From: the human T2T-CHM13v2.0 reference genome, Homo sapiens
Assembly (NCBI RefSeq): GCF_009914755.1
Contig: NC_060927.1
Direction: 5' to 3' (one strand)
Length of the DNA: 64,000 bases
How positions within the stretch are numbered: position 1 is the stretch's first letter; every line of letters starts with the position of its first letter. Below, in pieces: positions 22,447 to 35,174 of the stretch. The notes under the pieces are model-generated. The model was not told where the DNA came from, made no database searches, and was given only the letters and a program-made list of their open reading frames with translations. The position numbers and the translations under genes were made by a program.

Positions 22447-22907
22447 TTTCTTTTAAAATTTTTTATTTTTAACTTTTAAGTTCAGGAGTACATGTGCATG
22501 TTTGTTACATAGGTAGACTTGTGCCATGGGGGTTTGTTGTACAGATTATTTCATCACTTAAGTATTAAGCCCAGTACCCATTAGTTACTTTTCCTGATGC
22601 TCTCCCTCTTCCCACCTTCCACCCACCAAGAGGTCCCAGTGTCTGTTGTTCCCCTCTACAGGTCCATGTGTTCTCATCATTTGGCTCCCATTTATAAGTG
22701 AGAACATGCACATGCGGTATTTGATTTTCTATTCCTGCATTAGTTTGCTGAGTATAATGGCTTCCAGCTCCATCCATGTCCCTGCAAAGGACATGATCTT
22801 GTTCTTTTTTATGGCTTCATAGTATTCCATGGTGTATATGTACCACATTTTCTTTATCCAGTCTACCATTGATGGGCATTTAGGTTGATTCCATGTCTTT
22901 GCTATTG
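22447..22907 (-). mobile_element. Older L1PA (about L1PA13-16) 3' fragment
   Basis: Reversed L1 3' UTR (gggggtttgttgtacagattatttcatcac; ccagctccatccatgtccctgcaaaggacatg); TSD core ggtaacaca 22437-22445 / 22908-22916. Confidence 0.9.
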
Positions 22908-22939
22908 GGTAACACAGCTTTATGATCCTGCATATTTAA

Positions 22940-23800
22940 TTTTCCAGAGCCCCAGTTTCCTCATCTGTAAAATGGCTCAGGTGAAGTTATTGTTATTAAT
23001 ACTCTGCATTTATACTGCACTTAAAACTTTATAAAGCACTTTCACACCCAGTGGTTGACTCCTTGTTTCTCCAAACTGAGAGGTAGGTAGTGCTATTAGC
23101 CCAATTTGGCAATGAGGAAAGCAAGGCTAAGTTTGTGGCGGGGGGGTGGGGGGCGGTGAGCACACAGCCAGTGGGAGGCAGGGCTGTGATTTGAACCCAT
23201 GTCTTTGGTTTCTCGATGGCACAGTCTTTCAACTACTTCCTCGGGTAGAGAAAGAATGATTTCTTCTTTTGGTGGATCAATTCCAAATTGGAAAATGTGT
23301 TTCAGAATAGAAGGGAGTAGTTATGAGCACAGACCCCGAGCCACACAACTTGGTTTGCAGCCCAGCTGCGTGTCCTGGAGCAAGTTACTTACTCTGTGTG
23401 TTTCAATTTCTTTATCTGTAAATCTGTAAAGTATCATCTACCTGGGAGGGTGGTAACAAGGTTTAAACGAGTCAGTATTTGTAAAGTGTTTTGTACAGGA
23501 TCTGGCACTTAGTAAAATGCTACTTAAATACCTAGGCATAAATCAGAAGAAAAAACATTTGCAGAATTTGTTGTTGCTCAACACTTTTTATATCCGAATG
23601 TGGCTGAACTACATGTTGGTTTGTTGCAATTAACATTACTGTTAATAGCCAAGTGATAGGTCCATCTTTCCTTTAGGATAAACATTATTAGCCCATTTTA
23701 CAGATGAGGAATCCTGAGGCTCAAAGAGGTGACATGACTTGCTCAAGGTCACACAGTTGGCAAGTGGCAGAGCAAGGCCTCCAATTGAGCTCATTCAGCC
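22940..23800. mobile_element. Cluster of four MIR fragments in alternating orientation
   Basis: Cores at about 22950 (+), 23090 (-), 23380 (+) and 23690 (-, cccattttacagatgagga). Confidence 0.7.
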
Positions 23801-24394
23801 TGTGCTATTAATCAAGCTGCCACCCCTCTAATCAGTGGCATTCAAGCTACTTGAGGTCCAGGCTTTGGGAAGGGAGATCTTTGCAAGGGGGCTACTGTGG
23901 ACATGGTGGGACAGACCATATAAAGTGGCCCTCACTCCCAATCCCAGGCTGGCCCTGCACAAGTCCTGGCAGCCTGGAAGACAGACTTGGGTTCCATACA
24001 ATGGGCTCCTCCTCCCTTAGAAAGGAGGCCAGCGTCCCCTACATGCTAAGAAAGAAAGATCAGAAATGCTTCCATATCAAATACAGCATCAGGATTAAAA
24101 TCAGAGCAACATTTGGAAAGTGCCAGAAGATTTAACATAGCTTGCTGCTAATTTCCCAGTTTTATTTCTTATAAAAGAGGTTTCAGGAGGGCTATCTTTA
24201 CCCAAAGTGAGTTGCTACCAAAGATGAACTATTGTTGCACATCCAGAAGAGAGAATGGGCTTTGAACTTAATGTGAAGCAGGTCCCGAGGTCCTCAGCCT
24301 GGACTGGGACCCTCAGGTTCTAGGCTTGGCTTGACTGCTATCTCTGTGTGACTTTAGAAAAAATTTTCCCTTCTCTGTGCCTGAGGAGCAGTGG

Positions 24395-24688
24395 GGCAGG
24401 AGCCATGGGCTGAATCCAGCCTGCAGATGGTTTTTTGTGGTGGGCTTGGAGAGAGTTTTAAATGCTAGGAAAATGACATATAAAAGTGTAGATTTCTGTA
24501 CTTTCTTAAAAAATGGGAATACCAGGTTCCTGGATCTCACACTCCCTATAAGATTAACAACTCTGGTGCTGGGTGTGACTACTCCCATAGAGAGGCCGCA
24601 GTCTCCACCACTCCCAGCTGCTCGTCTCCCCGTTTTCACGCAGCATGACATCAGCATGGCCCTGGAGACATTTGAGTTTGCCACCCCG
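24395..24688 (+). mobile_element. MER102-like hAT-Charlie element
   Basis: gggctgaatccagcctgcagatg...gatttctg...cagtctccaccactccc...acatttgagtttgccacccc. Confidence 0.7.
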
Positions 24689-25384
24689 GGGCAGGCCAGT
24701 ATCCTCTATGGGGCCTTTACGTGTTACAGTTACTGTTTTCAGGAATGTCCCTACACTGTATGTGTTTGTTCTAAGGCTCAGTGAAGTCAGGGATCTTACA
24801 CAGGGATCCTGGCACACAGTAGGTGCGTCACAAATTTCTGGTGAAACGCTCTGAGACAAAGTTAATGACTGTGGCAAGCTGGAGTAAACATTGGAGGAGG
24901 AGTTGGCAGGGCTTAGCATTGAGCTCTGGCCTTGCCACAAAGGGACACTGGGCATGGGTGGGTCCTTTCCCCTACCCTGGGTCTTTCTCTTAGCATCTAA
25001 AGAGGATGAGCCAGCTCTGCCAGGTCCTCTGCAGGTGGCTCTGGGGACACAGCCCTGCACAGGGTCGGCCACTGAGCAAGTCCTGGCTGTGTCCCCGCAA
25101 TGTTACTGGGCCTCTTTGTGGTGACAGCCCCGGAATAGTGAGGCCCAGTGGAACTGCTGCTTATCCCTGTTCCCCTGGTGGCTGTCCTGCTCTCCTCCTC
25201 TCACCCTGACTGGCTGGAGGGCACAGCCCTGCCATAAGGGCATCTGAGGACACTCAAATGGAGGGGGGCACATCTCTGTGTGACTTCTGACCAGGCCCTC
25301 AGACAGCCTTGCTGAGCCAGGGCTCCCTCAACATGAAGCTGATAAAAAGTAAGGAGATGCAGGGGCTGGCTGGGAACAGGGGCC

Positions 25385-25565
25385 CTGAGCCATATGGGCC
25401 TGGGAGTGGAATCCTTGCTCTTCCACCTCCCAGCTGTGTGACCTTGGATGAGTGACTTGACCTCTCTGAGTTTCTCTCCCTTCATCAAGAAAATGAGAAT
25501 TCTAATGGCTGTCTTATAGAATCGCTGTGGGGGTTAAATGAGTTAACACATATGAGTGCTTCCAT
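25385..25565 (+). mobile_element. MIR SINE
   Basis: cagctgtgtgaccttggatgagtgacttgacctctctgag...ttaaatgagttaacacatatg. Confidence 0.85.
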
Positions 25566-26086
25566 GAATGCTATTTCTCCCACCCTGCCTCCGCTTCCAA
25601 AAGGTTTCCACACCAGGGTTGCCATCCACTGATGCAATAACAGCAGACAGGATGCCCTCCATCCTGGATTTGCCGCTCCTTCCCAGAAACAATCTGTTTC
25701 TCTTAGAAGTCTCACCCCACTGGAGAACTGTTAATAATGTTTCATTTTTTTTAAGTTAACAAGTCTTCATGTATTAATCAACAGGGACCAAGAAGGGCAT
25801 CTATTAGTCACTAACACTTTAGTATGAATTTCTTCACATCAAATGCCTTCTTCTCTGATGGTAATACATGGGGATAGAAATTTTAATGAAGGAAGGCCAT
25901 GATATTGAAGCACTAGGCCCTTCACAAGGGAGAACAGTATGCAAGAAAAACTGAAAACCTGCCAGGGGAGGTAGACTAACTTAACTTTTAATATACCAGC
26001 ACTTTCTGAAATAATAGCTCTGAGCAACAAAGCTTAGGTAAGCCTGCACCCTTGGGCACAAGATCCTCAGTCCAGTTTCCATTCTA

Positions 26087-26554
26087 TAGTTGAGGCAGGG
26101 CAGCCTGTATTGGCTGTCCCCCCAACAGTTATTCTCCTCCCCATTCTCCATGCTGCCAAGACATAACAGAGACAAGAAATGCCTGATACTCACTTTCCTA
26201 GATTCCTTCCCAGCTAAGGGTGGCCATCTGACCCATTTTAGCCATTAAGACTTCCGCTCAAAGGATCCCAGGTAAGAATGGCCCACCGCCCAACCTGATC
26301 AAGAGAGAGAGAGATGCACAAGGAGAACCCTTCTTCCTTGCCGCCTTTCTGCCTAACTTTGGACGCTTCCCTGTGAGGAGGTGAGGCTTGAACCCATGGC
26401 AGCCATTTTGCAACCATGAGGCTGACACAATGAGATGGCGACTGAGTTCCTTTCTGAATCAACCCAGGAACCTCCCACTACCAGGTGCTTATTACTTTAT
26501 TACTTTCAATCACATGTTCTGTTATTTACAGGCAAAGTGCTCCTAAGTGATGCA
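26087..26554 (+). mobile_element. Old LTR (MLT1J-L or LTR16-like)
   Basis: ttcccagctaagggtggccatctgaccc...ggcagccattttgcaaccatgagg...ttctgttatttacaggcaaagtgctcctaagtgatgca. Confidence 0.6.
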
Positions 26555-27399
26555 CAAGGCATCTGAGGCTACGTGACTTGTTTACGGCAATCTCACTGTC
26601 AGTTGGTGGCAGCTGCATGGTGAGACCCTGGTTTCCATGGTTCCAATATCTGCCATAGCACCATATCCCAAGGTGACCCCACTGGGGGCCGTGTCCAATT
26701 CAGCCTTGGAGACATCCCCAGGGGTGGCCCAAACAACTTCTCCACTAGGAAAACACAGCTTCCATGGCCTCTCACAGATGCCCCAAGCCAGTCCCTGACT
26801 CCAGCCAACTGAACAATCTCCCTGATTCCAAAAATAGCCCCAGGATCTTCTCTGTGGCCTTGAGAAAACACAATTTTGGGGTCGCTGTGACATACAGAAA
26901 ATATAAACCACATCTTTGGGAGCCTCCAGTCATAGGCTTTGAGGGCTGAGCCCAGTACAAGTCATTTGAGTCAGTCCCCTGCCTCCAGCAGGGTGACCTG
27001 TCTTCTCCACAGAAGAGTACATGAATGCCTTCTGAACCTTGACCCCATGACAAGTCACCAGGAAGGACCTTTACTCCCCTAAAGGAGCTCCCCTGTGAGC
27101 CTCCTGGCAGCCAGAACTCCACCATTAGCATGCGTGTCCTCTGCCAAAATACAAATCTCCTCTATTCCTAACTATGAGCTTCAGAGAACTTTCTTGAGGG
27201 GCAGGTTTGGTGGGGAAGTCCTGTTATGTGGAACCAGGGCTTTTGCTCAAAGGATCAGAGGGTTGGGGTGGGTGTGTCAGGGAGACACAACAGCGTATGG
27301 GATTGGTTGTTCCTACGTGATAGAAGAAAGAGCCTTCCAACACTCGCAGGACCCCGAGATAAATGTCCCTGGGAATTGGAATGGTATCACTGGCCTCTC

Positions 27400-27620
27400 T
27401 GTGGGAGACAATACGGAGCAGGAGGTACTGTGAGGATATGGAAAGTGTCACTACTCAGCTCAAGGTTGCCTGAGCTTCCAATTTTCAAGAGAAGTTGGAA
27501 ATCCAGGTACTTCCATGGCATCTCTCAATTTGGGGATGTTGGCAACTAATTCCAGTTTAAAACCCATAACATTCAACATAGTCACGGGATTTGCCTGAAG
27601 CCCCGGGTTTGGAGTCTCTG
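27400..27620 (-). mobile_element. MER102-like fragment
   Basis: cttccaattttcaagagaagttggaaatccagg...gatgttggcaactaattc. Confidence 0.6.
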
Positions 27621-28819
27621 GTTGAGAGTTCCAGTGGTTAGGAATGTTGCACCCCAAGTAATCAGAAAACAGCTCTAAAAGCCTCCTGCATTTCCCTTCC
27701 CTCCTCCAGTGACAGACTGAGGACACCAGGCAACATGACTTTCCAGCTCTTAGGTGCCTACAGCGGTGAAATTTCTCCATCCTGCTTACGTGCCAGAGAC
27801 TCTAAAGCCCATCCTGTTCCCCTCTCCCTCTCCAGTGTTCTGAGCCCTCCAGATGGCAGGGGGAGACAAGAATCAGAAGCAGCTGCCTAGAATGATCTGC
27901 CACAATTTGGCCCTAGTGGAAAATTCCACTAGCACCTCCCAGGTAGCATTTTGCACGCGACAAGGACGCAGCATCCTCAGGCCTCCTTCCATACAGCCCT
28001 GTGCCTGCCTGACCAGGATTGTGCCCTCTCAGTCATTCTCATCAATCCCTGCCAGCTTTGCACTGACCAGGCTGGGCTGGAGTCAGCAAATGATCCCCTG
28101 GTGGGTATTTCATAAAGCACTCCCTGGCCTTAGCTCAAAGAGATTCCTGCTGGCAAGGGAGGCTGCAGTGGCGGCTGCAAGTGTCACTCCCAGGCCTTCC
28201 TGCTGAGCCTCTCAGGGATGAGCCTCCAGGCAGAGGGCCCCCTGGACCTACCCAAATGGATGCCCAGGGCCCTAAATTCTGCACAAGTGCTCAGGGATGC
28301 AAACTCTGCCATTTGGCAGCCTGGAGACCTCTTACACTTAAACTTCTAAGAGGCGGATGAAAGCCTCTGCCTGCCGACCCCACAGGGGTCAAGATGTGGA
28401 TAAGACTGGCACGTGATGTGCTATTCCAATGTAAAGGCCAGTCTCTTCCTGCAGCCCATGAGCATTCTCCCAGCATCAACTCCCCTGCTTTTGCCAATAA
28501 TGACATGCCGCTTCACTCACCCAAGCACTCCTGCCTCAGAGTGCTAGGGACCTGCAGACAGAAATGCAAGGTGACAGTAGGGCAGGCTGTGTCATTTCCC
28601 AGGAGATGCACAGCCTCTCCTCTTGGGACTTGTCTTGAAAGGCTGGCTTCATACTCAAACCTCCTTCCTGGGCTGCAGGAGGCTAGGAGATTGGGCTCAC
28701 TCAGGCCAAGGGGGCTGGATGTCTAAGACCCCAGGGAGATTAGGAAGAACTTCTAGAAAGAGGAATTGTTCTAACGATCAAACTGTTTCATTGTTTCCCT
28801 GATTTAAACTGCTTGGGAA

Positions 28820-31515
28820 ACTTCTGTTTCCAGCCAAGAAGGAGCGACAGAGACCAGATTTGCCCTCTCACCTGCAAAAAATGAAAAAAATGAGCAAAAT
28901 ATACAAAACAACAGTTTGTTTGCACGATGCTGGACATCAGACAACAATGGTCAATGATAACTAGAGATGAAAAACAAAATAGGTAAGTCAGTGATTGCCC
29001 CAAACACTGCCTTGAGAGGGTTTCAAGGCCATGGTTCAAACTGGGGGGTACCCAGGTGGAGCCCGGTGGACTCTGAGTTGAGGAGATGGAGCTAAGAGTC
29101 CAGGACAGAGCATCAGAGGGGAAAGAGCTGCAAAGAGCTACAGAGAGAACTCTGGAGACCTGCAGAGGGTCACTCTTGAGTATTCAGCTAAGTGCTAATC
29201 AGGGCCTGTGTGTGAGAAACTTACCCAAGTCCAGGGAAGGAACCACTGGAAATAATTAGTGGGAGCAAGGCCTGGCAGTCAGACAGGGCTGGAAATAGTG
29301 CCTATTGCCATTAGCCAGACTGGGACACCTCAAGATTCATGGACGTTGAGTTGAGTATTCAGAAGGGTCTTGCCTCAGCAGTGGGGAACAATTAACACTA
29401 GACTTAGCACTGCTCTATCCCTATCTAACAAGTATTAAAAACAAGACCCAATAGGATCAAACTGTCTCCAAGTATCTTAACTATGTCCCAGATGTAGCTC
29501 AAGAATATCGATAAGATTACAAAAATATCTAGTACCCAATAAGGTAAAATTCACAGTGTCTGATATCCAATAAAAACTTACCAGGTATGCAAAGAATCAG
29601 GAAATTACAATCAAAGTGAAAAGATAAATGAATCAATAAAAACTGACTCAGAACTGAATCAGATGTTAGAATTAGCAGACCAGGGCATTGTAACAGTTAT
29701 TATAACTATATTCCACATGTTCAAAAAGTTAAGACATAGAAGATATAACAAAACCACAAACCAACCTTCTAGAGATGAAAACTATGATGTCTGAAATGAA
29801 AAAGACACTGGATGGGCTCAATAGCAGATTAGACACTGCAGAAGGAAAGATTAGTGAACTTGAAGATAGCAATAGAAACTACCCAAAATGAAATACAGAG
29901 AGAAGAGAGAATAAGAAACTGAAAAGAGTATCAGTGAGCTGTGGGGCAGCTTTAAGTGGCCAACCACATATGCAACTGGAGTCCTCAGAGGAGAAGAGAA
30001 AGGAGAGGCAGTGCAGAAACAAACATTTGAGAAATAATGGCTGAAAATTTTCCAAATTTGATAAGAACTATAAACACACAGGCCTAAGAAGCTCAAAGAA
30101 CCCCAAGCACAAGAAACATGAAGAAAGCAACACCAAGGCACATCAAAATCAAATTGTGGAAAACAAGTGGGAAGGAGAAAATCTTAGAAGCAGCCAGAAA
30201 AAAAAAAGCATTGTAACAGAAGAACAAAGATAATGATGACAGATTTTTTCACTAGAAGCAATGCAAGTGAGAAGACAGTGGGGCAACATCTTTAGATGAA
30301 AAGAAAAAAGAAGAAACACACTGTATACGTACCAGTGAAAATATCTCTCAAAATCAAGGTAAAATAAAAACATTTTTAGACATAAAAAGCTGAAAGAATT
30401 CATCACCAACAGAACTGTACTATAAGAAACGTTAAAGCAAGTCTTTCAGACAAAAGGAAAATAACAGATGGAAATACAGCTCCTCATAAGAAAGGAAGAG
30501 TATTTAGCAACTATGTAGGCAAATATATAGGATTTAAAAAACATTTAAAATGTTAAAAAAGATAATGCTGCCTACACAAAAATGACAACAAAGAAGTATG
30601 GTGTTTAAAATACATGCAAAAGTCAAATGTATGACAATAACAGCATAAAGGTTGAGGAGGAAAAATTGAAGTATACTTTTGTAAGGCATACTGCATGTGA
30701 AGTGGTATAATATTACTTGAAGGTAGACTGTGATAAGTTAAAAAAAACCACTAAAATAACAAAATACAGAATTAGAGATAATAAGCTAACAAAGGAAATA
30801 AAATAATATAAAGATATCCAATTAATCCCAAAGACAACAGGAAATAGGGAAAAAGTGCACAAAAACACAGGAGACAAATAGCAAGATGATAGATTTAAAG
30901 CTAACCATATCTATGATCCCAATAAATGTAAGTAGTCTAAACTTCCCAATTAAAAGGCAGAGATTGTCAGATTGGATTAAAAAGCAAAGTACAACTCTAT
31001 GTTGTCTATAAGAAATGTGCTTCAAATATAAAGACACAAATAAGTTGAAAGTAAAATGATGGAAAAAGATATGCTATGCTAACATAATCAAAAGCTGGAG
31101 TGGCTACATTTATATCAAAGTAGATTTCAGAGCAAAGAATATTAGCAGGGATAAAGAAGGTAATTTCAAAATGCTAAGGAAGTCCATTCATAAAGTGGAG
31201 ATAGCAATCCTAAATGATTAAGCATCTAATAAGGCAGCTTAAAATGCATGACGCAAATATTGATGGAAAACAAGAGAACTAGAGAAATTCACAATCATCG
31301 TTGGAGATTTCAATACTTCTCCCTCAATAATTGATAGAACAAGGGACAGAACTATTGGGGTAAACGTTTGCAACTTTAGGCAAAGTTGGGCAAATATTCG
31401 TTATGTACATCACCAAAAGCACCATCCATAAAAGAACAAATAGATAAATTGGGCTTCATCAAAATTTAAAACTTCTGCTCTCGGAAAGACACTATTAAGA
31501 AAATGAAAAGTCACC
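28820..31515 (+). mobile_element. Old L1M (L1MC/MD/ME-type) with 5' UTR, decayed ORF1 and ORF2 start joined to late ORF2
   Basis: 5' end acttctgtttccagccaag...accagatttgccctc; ORF1-like (ttagtgaacttgaagatag, gaaataatggctgaaaattttccaaatttg); endonuclease-like (ccaattaaaaggcagagattgtcagattgg, gttggagatttcaatac); after about 31351 gataaattgggcttcatcaaaatttaaaacttctgctc. Confidence 0.85.
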
Positions 31516-31519
31516 AAAA

Positions 31520-32260
31520 GCCCAGCAGAATTCACTCCAGATGGCTCCAATGAGGGACTTTAATGCAGGCATGGGGTTATGGGAAGAATATTGTTCATTC
31601 TGGCTACTATAACAAAATACAATTAAGTGGGTAGCTTATAGGCAATAGAAATGTATTTCTCACAGTTCTTAAGGCTGAGAAGTCCAAGGTCAAGGTGCCA
31701 GCAGATTTGGAGTCTGGAGAGGGCCTCAGACACTGCCTTCTCACTGTATCCTCAAATGGTGGGAGAGACTGGCTGGTTCTCTGGAGTCTCTTTTATAGAA
31801 TCACTAATCCCTATCATGAGGGCTTCTCCCTCAAGACCTAATCACCTCCCCAAGGCCCCACCTCCTAATACCAGAACCTTGATGGATGGGACTTCAACAT
31901 GGGAATTTTGAGGGGTCACAAACATTCAGACCCTAGCAGATATCAAGGCACCCAGAGACTAGTGACTGGGTGCGGAGTTGTTGCCACACCTAGGCCTGAA
32001 GGGACAAGGAGGAGAAAGAGTGTCAGTGGAGGCCGGTGACTGCTGGAACCATGGCAGAGGCCTCAAATCAGAAAGGGGGTGAGGAAGAAATGCCTGACCT
32101 TTCTCTCTCCTGCCACCTTCTAGTCTCCTGCTGATGTCTCCCATTGCTTAAACTCGAGCTAAGGCTGGAGGGCAGAAGTGCTCAGGGGTGCAGTCCCTAG
32201 AGATCAGCATCCCTGGGCACAGAGCAAGGTGAAGAGGGGAGAATGGCTCTGAGTACTGAC
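31520..32260 (-). mobile_element. LTR33/LTR41-like LTR interrupted by MLT1A
   Basis: taggcctgaagggacaaggagg...tctcccattgc...ggagggca...gcagtcc...ctgggcacagagcaagg. Confidence 0.6.
31589..31939 (-). mobile_element. MLT1A0-like MaLR solo LTR
   Basis: ggctactataacaaaatac...tatttctcacagttc...agtccaaggtcaaggtgccagcagatt...acacaaacattcagaccctagca-like end. Confidence 0.85.
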
Positions 32261-32261
32261 A

Positions 32262-32376
32262 GAGGGGGCCGTACATCCAGGCTTTCTTGGGTACTATTGG
32301 TGTTTTTGCACTGAAAGTCTAGACTTTTCCCAGGAGACCTTTTAGGCTCAGGCAAATTAGGATGGTTGGCCACCCC
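32262..32376 (-). mobile_element. MER81-like hAT-Blackjack element
   Basis: ttttgcactgaaagtc...caggcaaattaggatggttggccaccc with degenerate terminal inverted repeats. Confidence 0.6.
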
Positions 32377-33079
32377 AGTGTGGTAGTGAATGGGAATCAG
32401 CCAGCACTGGGTGATGTTGTTATTCCCCTTGTACTGACGAGGAGATTGAGGTCTGAGAGGCTGAGCTACTCATCCACAGGACAAGGAAGCAGGATTTGAA
32501 CCGATGTCTATCTAAGGTGCTCTTTCACCCTACTGGACTTGCTCTGAAGGTAGGGAATGATTGGGGAACTACGTCAGAGGTCAGGACAGAAAGGACAGGG
32601 GTTTCCAGGGGACAGACAGACACAAGTGGTCCAAAGGAAGGTGAAGACAGCACAGCACCTCTCTAAATCGGCCTCTTCCTTCTCTGTCAAGGAGAATCAT
32701 TTTCAGGCTGCAAATACTGCAGAGGGGGCACTGGAGGCAACAAGGGCAAGGCACTGGCTTGGGAACTCTTGGTTTCTCTAGGGGGCTTGTTGTTTTGTGG
32801 CCACTGAGATGAATGACATCCTGGAGAAGTGCAGGCATTGTGATGTGATCTCAGGGATCTGAGACCTGGGCGAGGCCAGAAGGCAGGAGAAGGCAGTTAC
32901 TTTTACTGGGATTCCCAGAAAGCTTCTGGAGGAGGAGGGCCCTTGTAATAAGGAAAGAGTGTGGGGAAGGCTGTGATGTCCTCACCCCAGCCCCCATTCC
33001 CCACCCCATTCCCCATTGCTGCCTCCTGCCTGCTTTCCTAGGGCTCTCCAGGCAGACAAGAGTAACACGGAGGCATGGT

Positions 33080-34110
33080 GTTTGAACATTCAAGGTCTCT
33101 CCTGATGTTTTGGAGGAAATGTTGTGGAAAGGAAGGCCAGATCATAGTACAGAGGGATTCAGAGTGGTTGGATGATCAAATGAATTGGAAGTGTTATCCC
33201 AGAGGGGCGTCTCTGATAGCATGCCACGTGGCTCTGTCCTCAGAGCCCCTTCAACATGGCCATCAGTGATGTGGAGGACAATGTGAATGGATTCCTGACC
33301 AACAGTGGGGGTGTGTGACCCCAGGCAGGAGGGATTGGGGTACACCCAGGATGACTAGCAATTGAACTCAGGGAAACTAACAACCTTGGGACCTCAATTG
33401 AATTGGAAGGAAACACACAGAGGACCAGAAATGGAACAGGATACACTACAGCAGGGGTGCAGGTAGAAGATGGGGCAGCATAGCTTTTGTAGACAACTAT
33501 TTGCTCAGAAGAGCCTAAGGTAGGATGCTGTAGCCAAGAAAACTAATCCCACCTGGAACCAGCTGACTAGAGGAGTAGTGTCTAGACTGGGGATTGCAAA
33601 CTCAGGCTATCCAGGAGACAAGTTGATGACAAGTGAGAGGGCTGAGTGGGGACTGCTGCAAATGGAGAGTCTCAAGTCTCATCTCACATGGACAGCTGAC
33701 CCTCAGCCCTAGCCAAGGGTGGCCCCGTATATGAGGGCCCAAGTCCCTAAATTTTCCAATTTTTAAAAAAGAAGCTGGAAATCAAAATTCAACTCTCTGA
33801 TTTTTAAATACTAAATATTTTTTCTAGTTGTTACTGTTGTTTTCATCTGCTTTTGGTCAAAGAGAAAACATCCAGGGGCCAGATCTCGCCTTTAAGATGC
33901 CAGTTGGCAATGTCTGGTCTAGAACAAGAATGGAGATTATTCTCTTTCTGGTTGCTCAGCTCTAACTTGGATGCAGCTGAGGGTTCATCTCTGGGAGGGA
34001 GATGTGCTGTGAAAGGAAGGAGTTCTGAGGGACCGGGAAAGGAGGGCATGGAGATGTTCCCGGGGAGAAGCGAAGTCTAAAAGTGTAGGAGAGAAACAGA
34101 TGAGCCACTG
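33080..34110 (+). mobile_element. L3/CR1 LINE ORF2 remnant split by MER102
   Basis: gtctctgatagcatgccacgtggctctgtcct...ttcaacat...atcagtgatgtgga (decayed RT GVPQGSVL region) and gatgctgtagccaagaaaactaat...tagtgtctaga. Confidence 0.6.
33588..33916 (-). mobile_element. MER102-like hAT-Charlie element with 8-bp TSD
   Basis: ggggattgcaaactca...gtggggactg...gaagctggaaatc...ccagttggcaatgtctg; flanked by gtctagac 33580-33587 / gtctagaa 33917-33924. Confidence 0.75.
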
Positions 34111-34119
34111 TGTCTGGTT

Positions 34120-34375
34120 GACTCATCTACCCATCTATTCATCCAACCATCCACCTACCCACTCATTTACCTACCCACCCATCCATCCATTCACCCATCC
34201 ATCCATCATCCACCCATCCATCCATTCATACATAATAAAACCATTCACTCACTCACCCATCCACTCATCCACCCACACACTCATCCACCCATCCACACAT
34301 CCACCCATTCATCCATCATTCACCCCTCCACCCATTCATCCTTCCATCCCTCATCCACCCCTCCACCCATCCCTT
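34120..34375. repeat. Degenerate (CCAT/CCAC)n array
   Basis: Visible catccatcc/cacccatcc units. Confidence 0.9.
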
Positions 34376-34379
34376 ACTA

Positions 34380-34620
34380 TACTGTTGTAGTTAAGAGCAT
34401 GGACTCTGGAGCAAGACTGCTTAGGAGTGAATCTGGCTTTGTCACTTCCAGGTTGTATAAACTTGGGCAAAGTAGTCAACTTCCCTGAGCCTCAATTTCC
34501 TCATCTATAAAATAGGGAGGATGAAAGTAGGGTTTCGAGGATTAGAACAGTCTATTCATGTACAGCACTTTGAACAGTACCTGGCGTGTTGCAAGTGCAT
34601 CATATAGGGGAGCTATACTT
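34380..34620 (+). mobile_element. Near full-length MIR
   Basis: gtagttaagagcatggactctggagc...ttgggcaaagt...cctgagcctcaatttcctcatctataaaataggg...agcactttgaacagtacctggc. Confidence 0.9.
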
Positions 34621-35174
34621 GGCCATTAGTGTTGACCCAAGAGTCATTTACAGAGTCCCAGCCAGGGGCTAGGCACTGTATTGGGTGCTGGGTCATGGAT
34701 AAAGCAGGCACAGTCACTGGCCTCAGGAGCCTATAGTCTCTTGGAAGAAACAGAGCAGCAACCAGATAACTTTACAATCTCACCCTGTAGAACAAAAAAG
34801 TCACTGTGTACATGTACACCCACACACGTACACACAATGTCTGGCCTGTGTAAAACCCATCAGAGCTCTGTGCTCACATATCATCAAAATCATCCATTTC
34901 TATGTTTAAAAAACACATGATTTTTCATGACCCATTCACCTGGAAATAATCACAGGTATGCATAGAGATTTAGCTAAAAAAAAAAAAAAGGTACGGCATG
35001 AAACAATGCCCGTGGATAATCTGCTTTGGGTCCCTGCCATGGTGGGCTGGATGTTTCATATGTGTGACCACAGAGGATTCCTAAGCCCCACAATAGGGTA
35101 GGGAAGTAGCTCTGGCCCCCCAGCCCTGAGCTCAGCACCCCCTGCTTCCTCCCCATACACTGAGGGAGTCTACC

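Noticed and set aside
26030-26045. Plus-strand donor TAG|gtaagc (also AAG|gtaagt near 62676)
   Set aside because: Isolated donors with no convincing paired acceptor or promoter, on the strand opposite the inferred host.
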